Shown: one piece after another, positions 38,742 through 51,139 of the stretch | How positions within the stretch are numbered: position 1 is the first letter of the stretch | Layout of the letters: the number at the start of each line of letters is the position of its first letter | Source: Octopus vulgaris | Lineage: Eukaryota | Assembly (NCBI GenBank): GCA_951406725.2 | Contig: OX597814.1 | Location: forward strand, 174,530,001 to 174,594,000 | DNA length: 64,000 bases | Direction: 5' to 3' | Program-made: the position numbers and the translations under genes | Notes under the pieces: generated by a model | What the model was told of the DNA's origin: nothing | What the model saw: only the letters and a program-made list of their open reading frames with translations | Databases searched by the model: none

Positions 38742-39682
38742 TTTATGAATTTAACTCCCTGCTTCCTATTTCTGACATAAAACAAATATATGGATAAACC
38801 AATAGCATTGCATTCAGAGCCAATATAACTGAAAGTTTTGTTAGGCAGAAGTTAAGATTATAGCAGTATTTATTTTCCTGAAATCTAATGTGAGAGGTAA
38901 ATAATTATTTTGGTTTATAACGAATCTAAATAAATAAGACTATGACTAATTACACATAGCCAGGAGATGAAATGAGAAAGTTATATTATTTCAGTTCAGG
39001 AATTTCAGGTTTCTAAATAGAAGTTATGTCTCAACAACAAAAGTGCAAGTAGTCAGCACCTAACTTAATTTATCTTCTTGCATATTATTGTTTGTTTTTT
39101 TTTTTTTGTTTTCCTCTTGAATTGTTTTAATATCACAGTATTGTTTAATTTAATGTCATTGAGATATTGCTTTAATGGAATTTACATTAGTGCATTCTTA
39201 ACGTCATCATTTAGTAACTTGAAAACCTAGAGGAGTAGTGTTTGCATTGATGTTACTACCTCTGCTTCCATAAGATGGTGTTTTGATTGTCCTTATTTCC
39301 TCAAAAGGTTAAAGATTTATATCTTGTAATTGGTACTTCATTGTGTAGCTGGCAAATGAATTTAAGAGTCAACCAATATTAAGTGCAGAAAAATAGTAAT
39401 TGTTGTGCTCTGACTGAATCTACCTTGCTTGCTCCCATCATAACCCTCACCAGAAGTGAGAGCATCTATTTGATTGCTTAATCTGCTAGAAATAGCAGTG
39501 AAATTCCCCTTAAATCACATTCCATTGATAAAGAGACACATTAGGTAATGTGATCAAAATGGTCAAAAATGGAATGCCACTGATCACAAGTCTGCTTGGT
39601 CAGGTTGGTATGGAATAAACAACAACAAATAACAGCAGCAGGCATTCAATTTATTCTGTCAAGCTTATTCGGAAATAGACTG

Positions 39683-39977
39683 TTTGTTCCTTCTCGAGCC
39701 ATGCCTGGCTCATTAGGGCCGGTTTCCTTGGCGAATAAGTTCCCCACCTGGACGGGACACAGGTCCGTCGCAGGTGAGCTGCAAGATGCAGGAGGAAAGA
39801 GTGAAAGAAAGTTGTGGTGAAAGAGTCAGCAGTAGTTTGCCATTACCTTCTGCCGGAGCTTCATGGAGCTTAGGTGTTTCACTCATAAACACACACATCG
39901 CCTGGTCTGAGATTCGAACCCGCGATCCCTCAACCGCGAGTCCACTGCTCTAACAACTAGGCCATGTGTCTCTGCAA
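39683..39977 (-). mobile_element. tRNA-derived SINE with V-domain-like core and 13-bp TSD
   Basis: TSD CGGAAATAGACTG (39670-39682, 39978-39990). A box tggcctagttgttag, B box ggttcgaatct, core cctgcgacggacctgtgtcccgtccagg. Confidence 0.8.
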
Positions 39978-40203
39978 CGGAAATAGACTGGACAGAGGGG
40001 GGAATGTCCCATTGCATTTTGGCACTCCATCCAATTCATCACTGCATGAGGGAGTATGCAGTATATCCTCAAACCAGACAGAGGCATTGTATTTCCAGCA
40101 TAATAGGTTTGTGGTTGTACCTCATCATTTGTCCAACTAGTTATGTATATAAGTCTGCATAGCTAGAGCTGACCTAACCTACTTAAAACGTTTAACCATA
40201 TTC

Positions 40204-40637
40204 TCTTTTCTTACTCTTTTACTTGTTTCAGTCATTTGACTGCACCATGCTGGAGCACCACATTTAGTCGAGCAAATCGACCCCGGGACTTATTCTTTGG
40301 AAGTCTAGTACTTATTCTATCGGTTTCTTTTGCTGAACTGCTAAGTTACGGGGATATAAACACACCACCATTGGTTGTCAAGTGATGTTGCAGGGGGACA
40401 AACACATACACACATACACATATATATATATATATATATACATATATACAACAGGCTTCTTTCAGTTTCCGTCTACCAAATTCACTCCCAAGGCTTTGGT
40501 CGGCCTGAGGCTATAATAGAAGGCACTTGCCCAAGGTGCCACACAATGGGAATGAACCCGGAACCATGTGGTTGGTAAGCAAGCTACTTACCACACAGCC
40601 ACTCCTGTGCCTGTCCACACAGCCACTCTTGCGCCTA
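40204..40637 (-). mobile_element. SINE family A with a tandemly duplicated 5' end
   Basis: Full copy. ccacacagccactc(c/t)tg(t/c)gcct occurs twice at the head. Confidence 0.9.
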
Positions 40638-40769
40638 TATATATAGGTAAGTTTTTGCTATTAGTTTGACTGTTCAAATCTTCTCATTGGCCCTATGTTT
40701 ATATTATTAGAGTCCACAAATTTCCAATCAGTTCTGTTACTGTTTACATTTATTCCCATTTATATAAGC

Positions 40770-41090
40770 ATATGGCTTTGTAATTAGGGTATTTGGCTTA
40801 CAATCGTAAGGTCGGGAGTTCAGTTCTCACCAATGTTTTGTGTCCTTGAGCAAGACTCTGTATATCACATTGCTCCAGTCCACCCAGCTGGCAAAACTGA
40901 GTTGTATCTGTATTTCAAAGAGCCAGCATTGTCACATTCTGTGTCATACTGAATATCCCTGAGAACCACATTAAAAGTATGCATCTCTGTGGATTGCTCA
41001 GCTATTTGCACATTAATCTCACAAACAGACAATCCCTTTGATCAGATCAACTGGGATCTTCATCGTCATAACTGATGGGGTGCCAGTAAT
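40770..41090 (+). mobile_element. Older tRNA-derived SINE
   Basis: tRNA-like head (ggtcgggagttcagttct) followed by gtgtccttgagcaagac..cattgctccagtccacccagctg. Confidence 0.55.
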
Positions 41091-42859
41091 AATAATTTAT
41101 ATCTTTGACACAAGGCCACATATTTGGGAAGGACATGATTGACTGAGTCAGTCATATTTAACCGGCAAATAGTTCATCAACCTTCAAAGGATGAAAGGCA
41201 AAGTTGATCTAAGTGAGATTTGAACTTGGCACAAAAAAGGACAGTTTTAAGCAGTACCGAAAGATATTTGATCTGGCATTCTACTGTTTCTGCAGATCCA
41301 GTTTTAATTTCTTTAATAAGGATATTAATTACAAAAATTTGACTTGGGACAACACACTACATATCCTAGGGAGAATGAGAGAATGAGACGTACATGTTTT
41401 TTATTTCTCAAAAGTGTTAGTGAAGATAAAAAAGTGAATTAACTTCAACAAACTGGTATATATCTTGGCAGGAAGTTATCTCTTGCTTTGAGATACAACA
41501 ACAATAATAAAAAACAATGATTTCTTTTCAATACAAAATTCATGTTACTAAATTAGCTGTACTTACATCAGTAATTATTTTGGTCAGATATAGGTCACTA
41601 GTGAAACTGGATTAAGAAATTATTCATGAAGATAAGAGATTTTAATGATTTGCAGATTGTCAGGCACTCAAATCTTGTGTAGGCCATTCCTTACTGGGAA
41701 GTGGAAGGGTGAGTTCTACGTGGTTAGATATGAGGGAAATCTGCCCTGATAGGAGGAAAAGAGGAAGGCTACAAAACCTTGCACTGCTTTAGAGGAAGCC
41801 GCCAGTAGCATTAAGAGGTTCTAGTGTGTGTGTTAGCAGTCACTCGAAAGTAAATATTATCTGGTAGCTTGTGCCAAGCTTTCAATCCTTGTTTTAGGAT
41901 CTATGTAGCCACAGCAAACAAACATCCTCTTGACCCTCCCAGACATGATCCTGTAGAACATCAAGGATGTAATACTCGGAGAAGAGAGAGAGAGAGAGCT
42001 ACATCACCACTCAGCTAGTATTATTTTTCAACTGAGGAGACTGGAGTAATATGGAACAAAGTGCTTTGCTCAAAGACAAAACATACTGCCCAGTTCAGGA
42101 ATTGAACCAATGATTTTATAATCATGAGTCCAACACCCTAACTTTGAAGTTATGTGATAGACTAGTAGTTTAGGTGTTGAGTTTCCATCTGTAACTTATT
42201 CTCTATAGATTCGGCTATAAGTTATCAGCATATAGATGAAGTAATATACATGACTAGCTGGCCCTATACCATCAAAAATGACAGCTAATTGCATATTATA
42301 TATAAATATGGATGGTAGATCAAATTTATACACTTGTCAGCGTTATCTAATGTTGTCTTTCAAGATGTGACATTGATCATTGTTTGTTACTTAAAGGATG
42401 CTGGTTCACACATACAAACATTCACATACTTCCCTTGTACACACACTTACATATACTCACACAGAGTTGAAACGCTGTTTGATTTTTCTTTTCAGCATTG
42501 AATGTTCACCATCCCACTTCCATAGCACACACACACACCTCCCTTTTACATATATGCACATATACTCACACAGAGTTGAAACACTCCCACTACCAGTTTG
42601 CCATCACCTCTTCCTTCCTTATTCATCTATCACCCCTTCCTTTCTCATTCATATGTTGTGACGGAGAAAAACAAGAGTATTATTATAGTAGATAGTCACT
42701 CGAATAATTGATAGGGTTATACAGAAAGCTGTTATACTGGCATAGCAGTGTCAATGTCAATTGCTACAAAGACAGAGGGGATGCACTTGAGAGAGGCAAT
42801 TATTGAGTCAGATTGTTAGTTCAGGTCATGAAGCTTATGGAAAGAATCATAACATAATT

Positions 42860-43230
42860 GTTTAGGAACAGAAGTAACCTATATGATATGCAATTTGGTT
42901 TTTTTGCCAGGAACAATTGCCACCAATGTCACTTTCTTAGTAAGACAACTGCAAGAGAAATAAGTATTTAGCTAAGTCGAAAACTTTAGCATTCATCATC
43001 TTGGATAAAGTCTTTGACAGAATGTCACACTCTATAATCTGGTGATCACTAGGGAACCTGGATGTTTATGAACCACTTGTGAAGGCTAATACAAGCCATG
43101 TACAGAGGCTCAGTCAGCAATGAGTTCAGTGATGAATTTTGTGTGCAGGTAGAGTTGGTTCCTCAATGGTTAATCCTCAGCTCTTTTCCTGTTCATTATA
43201 GTTCTGCATGTTATCACAGAGGAATTAAGG
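42860..43230 (+). pseudogene. Degenerate RTE-clade RT fragment
   Basis: MQFGF.., LVRQLQEK, AF..LDKVFDR, IQAMY remnants. Confidence 0.6.
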
Positions 43231-43603
43231 AGGCTTTTCATGAGTCCTCTCGTTATATATATATATATATTATATATATTTGAAGGTCAATAAAATAAGG
43301 TCATGATGGAAGATAACAAAAAAAGGAATGCAGAAACTGTTAAGAGAGATAAATACTGACTAAAAGTATTTCTAGGTCTGTAAAGTAGAAAATCTATTTA
43401 TGTAAATGAAAATTTATTCATAAGCTTTTTAGCAAATGTTAGCTAATTAAATTTAGGTTTTCTTATTAACCACCTAGTGCATATTATATTTATTTCTTGG
43501 CACTTCAATTACAACACTCTTATATGAAGAAAACAAAATTGAAAGTTTGGATAAGTTATAAGGATTCTTGACTTTTGAATATTATTGTTACATGCAATAT
43601 ATG

Positions 43604-43675
43604 GCAATTGTTGTCTAGTGGTTAGGATTCCTGGCTCTCACCCAGGTGGCCCAGGTTCGATTCCCGGCGTGGGAA
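43604..43675 (+). pseudogene. tRNA-Glu(CTC) pseudogene lacking the 5' acceptor strand
   Basis: GTCTAGTGGTTAGGATT-CCTGG-CT-CTC-AC-CCAGG-TGGC-CCAGG-TTCGATT-CCCGG-CGTGGGA-A. The 5' strand is GCAATTG instead of TCCCACG. T5 run downstream. Confidence 0.8.
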
Positions 43676-43696
43676 CTGGTTAACTTTTTCTTTAAA

Positions 43697-43945
43697 AGGC
43701 GGCGAGCTGACAGAAATGTTAGCATGCCGGGCGAAATGCTTAGCGGTATTTCGTCTGCCATTACGTTCTGAGTTCAAATTCCGCCGAGGTCAACTTTGCC
43801 TTTCATCCTTTCGGGGTCGATTAAATAAGTACCAGTTATGCAGTGGGGTCGATATAATCGACTTAATCCGTTTGTCTGTCCTTGTTTGTCCTCTCTGTGT
43901 TTAGCCCCTTTGTGTGTAGTAAAGAAATAGGTATTTCGTCTGTCT
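43697..43945 (+). mobile_element. SINE family B, full length
   Basis: Matches the 15682 copy. Followed by a family C 3' stub with (GAT)n to ~44010. Confidence 0.88.
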
Positions 43946-45589
43946 TTATGTTTTTGCCGTCCAACCCATGCTAGCATAGAAAACAGACGTTAAACGATGA
44001 TGATGATGATATGTTTCAGAATTTTTTATATTTGAATAATTTAATAGATAGTGCAAAGAATTTTAATTTTCTTACATCTGACATAATCATTATCCTTAAA
44101 TGAGCTGAAAAAGAGCAATAAAAGATTTATTTTTCTGCATACTGATTGTTTTGGTGCTAGAGGGTTAATGACATATTAAGAACAGAAATAACAAACCTAA
44201 TTTGATTTACTGTGTGGAATGCGTGATGATTTAGCATCATGATTGTAATAGTTAGATGTGGTCAAAATATATGATGATGGTCATTAAACTGAAAACTAAA
44301 TTTAGACAGGAAGAATTCATCTAGAAAATTGTAGGCAGTAGAAATATAAAATTGGTGTGTCTAAGTTTGTGTGGGATTGCTCAAGTGTTTAAGTGTGTTT
44401 GAGAGTGCATGTGTGTGTTTTCAATAGTATTTCTTCTCATTAGTTTTCATTTTAATTTCTTCATTGTCAACCTCTGAGGCATACAATACAAACTCTCTAC
44501 AAGCACCCTTCAAACTTTTCTTTTAATTTTTAGCTGAATACATTTCCCATTGCTTATGCTACTTGTGAAAGTAGCTTAAGAAAGATACAGGTATCTTATG
44601 ATACTTTCTTCCTTTTTTTTATATCAGCTTTTAAAATCATTAAATTTCTGTTGATATAATAAAAATATGGGAAATTTTGTTGCTATTTCTAGCAGTTTGT
44701 GTAACCATAGAGAGGTTCCAGGATATGAAAAATAATGAACTACAAATATCCTCTTTAACACAGTATTGTTGATTGAAGGAAATTTCTGTAGAGATAATTT
44801 TGATAAATGCACATATCAGCTGAGGCAAAGAGGATAGCCTCTACATAGTCATTCAACATGCTAGTAGTTGCTGAATCTCTCTCTACTTAGACCTTACCGT
44901 CTTAAAATTAAAGTACTAGTGAAATACTGGAGATGCAAAATTAAATACCAGTAAAACACCCAAGTTGACACAACTGACTGTCCTTCCTAACAACAGTTTG
45001 TGGTCTCATTGCCTAGCTTAGAAATCAATACTTGGTTAAGTCCCTTCATATTTCATCTTATTTTGAGTTAATATCGCACTAGGTTTGACCTTCCTATTTT
45101 CAGAAATCATGACATATCAAAATAGTGTGTGTGTATGTGCAGACAAGTATACCTATCCACTTCCTCCTTCCTAAACATTATACTATCCACTCCCCTAACA
45201 ATTCATGGCCTTGTTTCATTGAAAAATTAGTATTTATTATATTTTCTTCAGTCGACTGAATGATGTTTATAGTATTTTTTTTTTTTGTACAGCATGAGAA
45301 ATATTTACAAAATTAGCACTTATCACAATAGCTTGGAGTAGTCTTCTACCTGGCCAGCTCCTGACAAACCATCCAGCCCATGCCAGCATGGAAGGCAGAC
45401 CTTAAACGATGATGATGATGATCATCATCATCATTGTTGGACACATTGTATCAAATAGTAACAGATAAATACACGCATCAGGGGTAAAAAAAAAATAATA
45501 AAATGACTGGTTGGTCACTAATGGACTGCCTGTGGTCATAGGTCATCTCAATCATAGCTAATCTTAGGTTAAACAACATAAATAAATGT

Positions 45590-45860
45590 ATTTCGTTTTG
45601 GGATTTGGTTTGCAAGATTCTTTATATATATGAGTTCGTGTGTTGAAGCATATTCTGTTGTGTCTGGGGAAAGTCATTTTCTTTTTGTGCCTTATAATGT
45701 AACACACTCACTTGACTATTAGTCTTGACTATTGAAAAAGGTTGCAAGATGCAACGAAAATTTTAGGAAAATAAAAATAAGAAATAAGTGGAAATTTTAC
45801 CGGTGAGTGTATTACATTATGAGGCACAAAAAGAAAATGACTCTCCCCAGATACAACAGA
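45590..45860 (+). mobile_element. Fold-back Penelope-like insertion with U3:A8 hammerhead variant, 12-bp TSD
   Basis: ATAAATAAATGT at 45578-45589 and 45861-45872. Inverted arms. CTA-TTGAAAA-AG-GTTGC-aagat-GCAAC-GAAA-AT-TT-TAG at 45729-45766. Confidence 0.65.
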
Positions 45861-46151
45861 ATAAATAAATGTGTTATTTGGAAAAGGCAACAGTAAGAGT
45901 GCAGGGAAATTGTTTTGGGGAATGGAGTATCCAAGGTTTCAGACTGAGTCCTTTCAGAGGGTAAAGATGACAGGAAGACAATAATAGAAAGAACTGAGTT
46001 TTATTACATCCTTTATGTTTAAGAAACTGGCAGCAAGCACATTCAACATTGTGGAATTAGAATCAAAACAAATCAAAGCATACCAATATTTGGTATATTT
46101 CATAGTTATCTTATATATCTATTTTATTCATATAAATCATATTATTATATG

Positions 46152-46189
<38 letters not shown>

Positions 46190-46192
<3 letters not shown>

Positions 46193-46348
46193 TTAAAAAT
46201 GGGGAAGGCTGGTTTATGGGATTACCTTAGGTTTCCCGTCCATAAATGATTTAGCTTTATGGCGTATCATCAGATCCCAAAGCTAAACCCTTTATGGATG
46301 GGAAATCTAAGGTAATCCTATAAACCAGCCTTCCCCACTTTAAATATA
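46190..46348. mobile_element. Palindromic Penelope-like insertion in a TA tract
   Basis: tggggaaggctggtttatgggattaccttaggtttcccgtccataaa is mirrored at ~46291-46337. Confidence 0.7.
46217..46279 (-). ncRNA. Type I hammerhead ribozyme (canonical core)
   Basis: Minus strand: TGGGAT-CTGATGA-tacgCCATAAAgctaaatcaTTTATGGacgg-GAAA-CCTAAGG-TA-ATCCCA. Perfect 6-bp stem I, GUA cleavage triplet, short quasi-palindromic stem III. The base of stem II is imperfect. Confidence 0.7.
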
Positions 46349-46430
46349 TACTGCTCTACATCTTAGAGTGTGCTTCTTTCAGATTTATGTTTTCTACAAA
46401 CAATCCTTTTTACTCCCTGTTTTCTACAAA

Positions 46431-46481
<51 letters not shown>

Positions 46482-46699
46482 GTGTGTGTGTTTATATATT
46501 GTTACGCTGCATGCAGCCTCCCGAAACCACCTACAACACAACAGTCTGTCTGATAGCAAAACCAGAGAGCAGTGTTCTAATTTGTGTCATATGAATAAGA
46601 AATTATTTGAATATAAATTTTTTGTTCATAACAATATATGTGTCAGTGTGTTTATATATACGTGTGTGTGTGTATGTGTATATAAATATATATTATATA

Positions 46700-46962
46700 A
46701 TTGTTATATTTCAGGATGGTCCTTTTATTTATATATTTTGCCAGATAAACATATGCACTATATACTTATTGGACTAATCTGGACAGGAAGGAGACATGTG
46801 GGATGGCCAGTCACTGAAAAGGTCACAGAATGTGTGACAAAAGATTTAAGACAAAGGACACTAAAATGAGAATAATAATAAAACTGAACCAGTATATAGT
46901 GCATGTGTTTATTTGACAAAATAAATAAATTAATTAAAGGACCATCCCGAAATATATCAATA
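46700..46962 (+). mobile_element. Fold-back Penelope-like insertion (family of 15097-15280)
   Basis: Inverted arms ggatggtcctt..aaacatatgcactatatac / gtatatagtgcatgtgttt..aaggaccatcc. CTGAAAA-G-GTCAC..GTGAC-AAAA at 46814-46842. Confidence 0.55.
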
Positions 46963-47040
46963 TCTGTTTCAACACATGATTTCTTATCAGGTGTCCTGCA
47001 AAATAAATACAAAAATGTGTACATGTAATATATGATATAA

Positions 47041-47441
47041 CTAGCAGTATCACCCGGCGTTGCTCGGGTTTGTAAGGGAAATAACTATATAAGCATTTTT
47101 AGAGTTATAGCCAAAAAATAGCAAAAAATGCATTAAAAATGGGGAAAAAAATGATGGTAATTTTTTTTTTAAATCGTTGACTCATCATAGACATTTTTAG
47201 AGAGTTACTTCCCTTAAATAATAGCGAAAAAATGCATCAAAATGGAAAAAAAATGATGGTAAATTATTTTTAAAACCGTAGACTCATCGTAGATGCGCGC
47301 TAATACCCAGAAGGGCTCGATATGAATCACGACTATAAGATACCCGGTTTTGGTTAAACTGCACCGCAAAATGTGGGAGTAGTTAGGAATCTAAATCGTA
47401 GGAGACAGACACTCACACAACTTCACTTTTATATATAAAGA
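47041..47441 (-). mobile_element. Non-autonomous Helitron
   Basis: A|TCTTTATATATAAAAG start, hairpin CCCGAGCAACGCCGGG, CTAG|T end. Internal ~110-bp tandem duplication. Confidence 0.85.
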
Positions 47442-48778
47442 TATATAGTCAAGTATTAAAACAAACTGATATTTAGTATAATTACATTTCTTAGTTATTA
47501 TATAACTTATTTTACATGATAAATTTTAAGTGTCATTTGTGTTCTCTTTATATATATATATATACGAACTGTGTACATTGTGTGTGTGTGTGTGGTCATA
47601 TGCTAAAATTTCACCTCTGTTATGTTGTATCTATATTTGTTGACAAATGCAAGTTTTCAGTTCTAACCCAAGGCTTGTCTATTTATTTAATGAGATATTG
47701 GTTCCTGGTGGATTTCCTGATTATTTTCAAATGATTTTTACTGTAATATTATATAGAAAAGGATAGAGAGAGAGAGAGTGACAAAATGGGAGTACTGAAA
47801 TGCTTTGTAATAATTAGTTAGATGTTATTATGTTCTGAGTTGAAATTACACTGAGTTGGCCTTGTTTTCCACTCTTTTGTGGCTGGAAAATTAAAGTACA
47901 AGTGAAGTACTGGAGTCAATATAACTGACTGTCCTTTCCTACCAAGTTAACTGCCTTGTGCCTTAGAAGTCAAGATTTAGTTATGCCCCTTTATATGTAA
48001 GAAAATAGATTAACCCACCCAGTTTGACCTTGTTTCTTGTTTCTAGGCTTAATGAGATAAGTATCATGTTGTATGTAAGTAGGAGGTAAATTGACTGATC
48101 CTCCCTCTCTACAAAGCATTATCCTATACTAAATTTCCCTTGACTATGTGTCCTATCACTAAAAATGTCTGTATTGTATTTACCTCATTCTACTAAATTC
48201 ATATGTATTTAGTATCATTCATTTGTGTTTACAGTCTAGGATATAGTTGTTAAGGAAAGCATATATCATTTCTGTAGCAAAGCACTGAACTTTCATAGAC
48301 TCTTTTATAGTTTTGGGGTTATTAACTAACTTCAGCATTCTTGTTTTATGTTCTTGTCTACAATTCAGTTTGTTAAATCTCTCTTTCTTTTCAAATATCT
48401 TATTTTTACATAAAAACAGTCATATTTAGGTTTGGATTTGATTTTCATAAAGCTTCATTTTCACTGCTGGGTTTTCAAAAACTAAAACTCTGTTAGAAAT
48501 AAAACCACAGAAAATTTATGCATCTAAAAATATGGTATCTAAAGAGGATTAGAGGTTAGATTAAACTTAAAGCATACAAAAAACCTGAGGGAGAGATTAA
48601 TAATCTATAAGATTTAAATTATTATTGCTATAATTTGTCTCATGGTTTTTATTGCATAGCCCCCTAATCAACTATGATTGTATATTGTGCTGTCTTTAGG
48701 CATGGGTGCACAGCTGTTGCTTAGAGGTCTCATGGATCTAAGAACCCAATTCTGATCTATGTATCCTTCTTGCTTGCT

Positions 48779-49615
48779 ATCATCATCATCTAACGTCCGC
48801 TGTCCATGCTGTCATGGGTTGGACGGTTTAAGCAGGGATGGCAAGTTGGAAGGCTACACTAGACTCCAGTTTGATTTAGCATAGTTTCTATGGCTGGATG
48901 CCCTTCCTAATGCCAACCACTCCCAGAGTATAATGGGTGCATTTACATGTCACCAGCATGGTGCCTGTTGCATGACACCAGCATCTGCCACAACTATAAT
49001 TTTGCTGGGTTTGATGGGGCTTCTTATAATGCCAAAGGTGTTGCTAATTTGTCATTGCATCCATGAGGCCCAATGCTTGAAAGGTGCTTTTTACATGCCA
49101 CTAGCATCAGCCACATTGCCTCCGTGAGGCTCAATGCTCTAAAGATGCTTTCTACGTGCCACTGGCATGAGTGTCAGCTACATAAAACCAGTATCAGCCA
49201 TGACTATGATTTCACTTGTCTTGATGGGTCTTCTCAAGCACAGCATATTGCAAAAGGCCTTAGTCACTAGTCATTGCCTCCATGAGATCCAAACTTCAAA
49301 GGTCATGCTTCACCATCTCGTCCCATGTCTGCCTCTGCCACAGGTTCCCTCCATAGAGATCGGCATTTATTTACACATCTGTCCTTTACACATGACCATA
49401 CCAGTACAGTCGTCTCTCTTGCACACCATATCTGATGCCTCTTATGCCTGACTTTTTTCTCAAGATGCTTATACTTTGTTGAACATGCACTCTGACATTG
49501 CACATTCAACAAAGCATGCTAGCTTAATTTCTTTCAAACCTACACACATCCTTGGCTGTCACAGCCCATGTTTCACTGCCATGTAGCATAGCTGTTCGCA
49601 CACCAGCATCATGAA
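48779..49615 (-). mobile_element. RTE-type LINE 3' fragment continuing into the family C sequence
   Basis: VRTAMLHGSETWAVT..RFERN and LYWYGHV remnants (49300-49610), followed by tandem ggtgcttttacatgccac-like units and a (GAT)n tail. Confidence 0.7.
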
Positions 49616-50040
49616 GTCTGTTGAGGCCCTTCAATAAGTAAATACGATAGGACCCAGTGTATTGATTTTTCTTGGAGCCTGTAATGCTGCCAAGACAGCT
49701 CTGACTGTGTGGACATGTGTTCAAATGCATTCCATCCTTTTTTTTTTTTTACATCTGACAAATGTTGCTTCTAGTTTTTACCTTTTTTTTTTTGTCCTAA
49801 GATGGTAGATGGGATTTAAAAGCAGTGAATTTGTAGAATTGTTAGAACAAAGAACCAGAAAAAATTTGCTTGATGCTCTGAGTTTAGCTTTGTCTTTTAT
49901 GTCTCTGGGATCAATAAAATAAAACACCAGTCTAGGTTAATGGATTAGCACAATTGTTACTATTGGACAAAATGCTTTGCTGTTTTTCTTCTGGCTCTTT
50001 ACATTTTGAGTACCTAGGCAGATGTGGTAAAATTGTATTC

Positions 50041-50681
50041 TTTCTTTTCTTTCTTTATGCCTTTAACCCTCCAACTCGGAGTATAGGCCACTTATAGTTG
50101 AATTCCATGTCGCATAATTTTTGGCTTCTGTACTTATACTCTACCATGAATGTCCCCCTTTCTCTAGTTCCTTTTGTGTTGATCTCCACTATGAGTTCTT
50201 AGGCCTACCTCTCCTTCTATATCCATTCGGTTTCCTCTGTAAAGCACTTTTCGCTACATTTGGTGTGTCTTTTCTAATTGTGCTACTAATCCACTTCCAC
50301 TTTTTCTTAAATATTTGCTCCCTAATCAAAACTTGATTTGTTCTTTGCCATAGATCCATATTGTTTGGGCCATCTAATTTTAGAGTGGATGAGGACAGCA
50401 GTTGACAAATTGTTGTGTAAAGAACAAACCGGATTTAGGAAGAACCGTTCATGTGTAGATCAAATTGCCACTCTTTGCATCATCTTAGAGCAAAGCGCAA
50501 AGTGGAATGCACCGCTCTATATTAAATTTATTGATTTCAAAAAAGCATTTGATAGTGTAGATAGGGAAGGCTTATGGAAAATTATGCAGCACTACGGCAT
50601 ACCAGACAAATACATATCTATAATAAGAGCAACTTACCAAGGAATGTCTTGCCAAGTCTTGCATGGAAACGGAGTTACGAA
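50041..50681 (-). mobile_element. RTE-clade LINE insertion with inverted 5' segment, 13-bp TSD
   Basis: Minus-strand C-terminus (DLWQRTNQ..KKWKWI..PNGYRRRGRPKNS) with an AAAG-rich tail. Plus-strand RT piece EQTGFRKNRSCVDQI..FIDFKKAFDSV. TSD TAAAATTGTATTC at 50028-50040 and 50682-50694. Confidence 0.88.
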
Positions 50682-51139
50682 TAAAATTGTATTCAGCTAA
50701 CAAAAATATTATTTGAACTCAAAATATGTCTCAAATGCAGATATGTAACTGACAAATAGTTTGGCACTCTACAATGGCAACTCTGAATCTTTATATACAA
50801 ATACAAAAGAATAGATTTTGATCTGGTGTAATGTCATAATTAATGTATAATTAGCTCTTTGGAACTGTTGCCAATTTTGAGTTTAAAGCTTGTTGCACTA
50901 ACTTACACTTTATTTAATAATAATATTTCGTCTTAGGAATAAAGCATTCTAGTGATGTAGTCTTATACTCCCATAGTTCATAATTCTAAATCCTTGACAT
51001 TCCAGTGGTTTCTTAAGCAAGAAATATAAATAGAACCATATATGATTTTTCCATGAAGTGGGGGTTTCAACTCTTTTGAATCTCAATTATTCAGTGAGGA
51101 CAACCAACAATCTGTAAATAAAGTTCTGAAAGTTTGCAT

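Noticed and set aside
43604-43675. Functional tRNA-Glu gene
   Set aside because: The acceptor stem cannot form and the T stem has a mismatch, so it is called a pseudogene.
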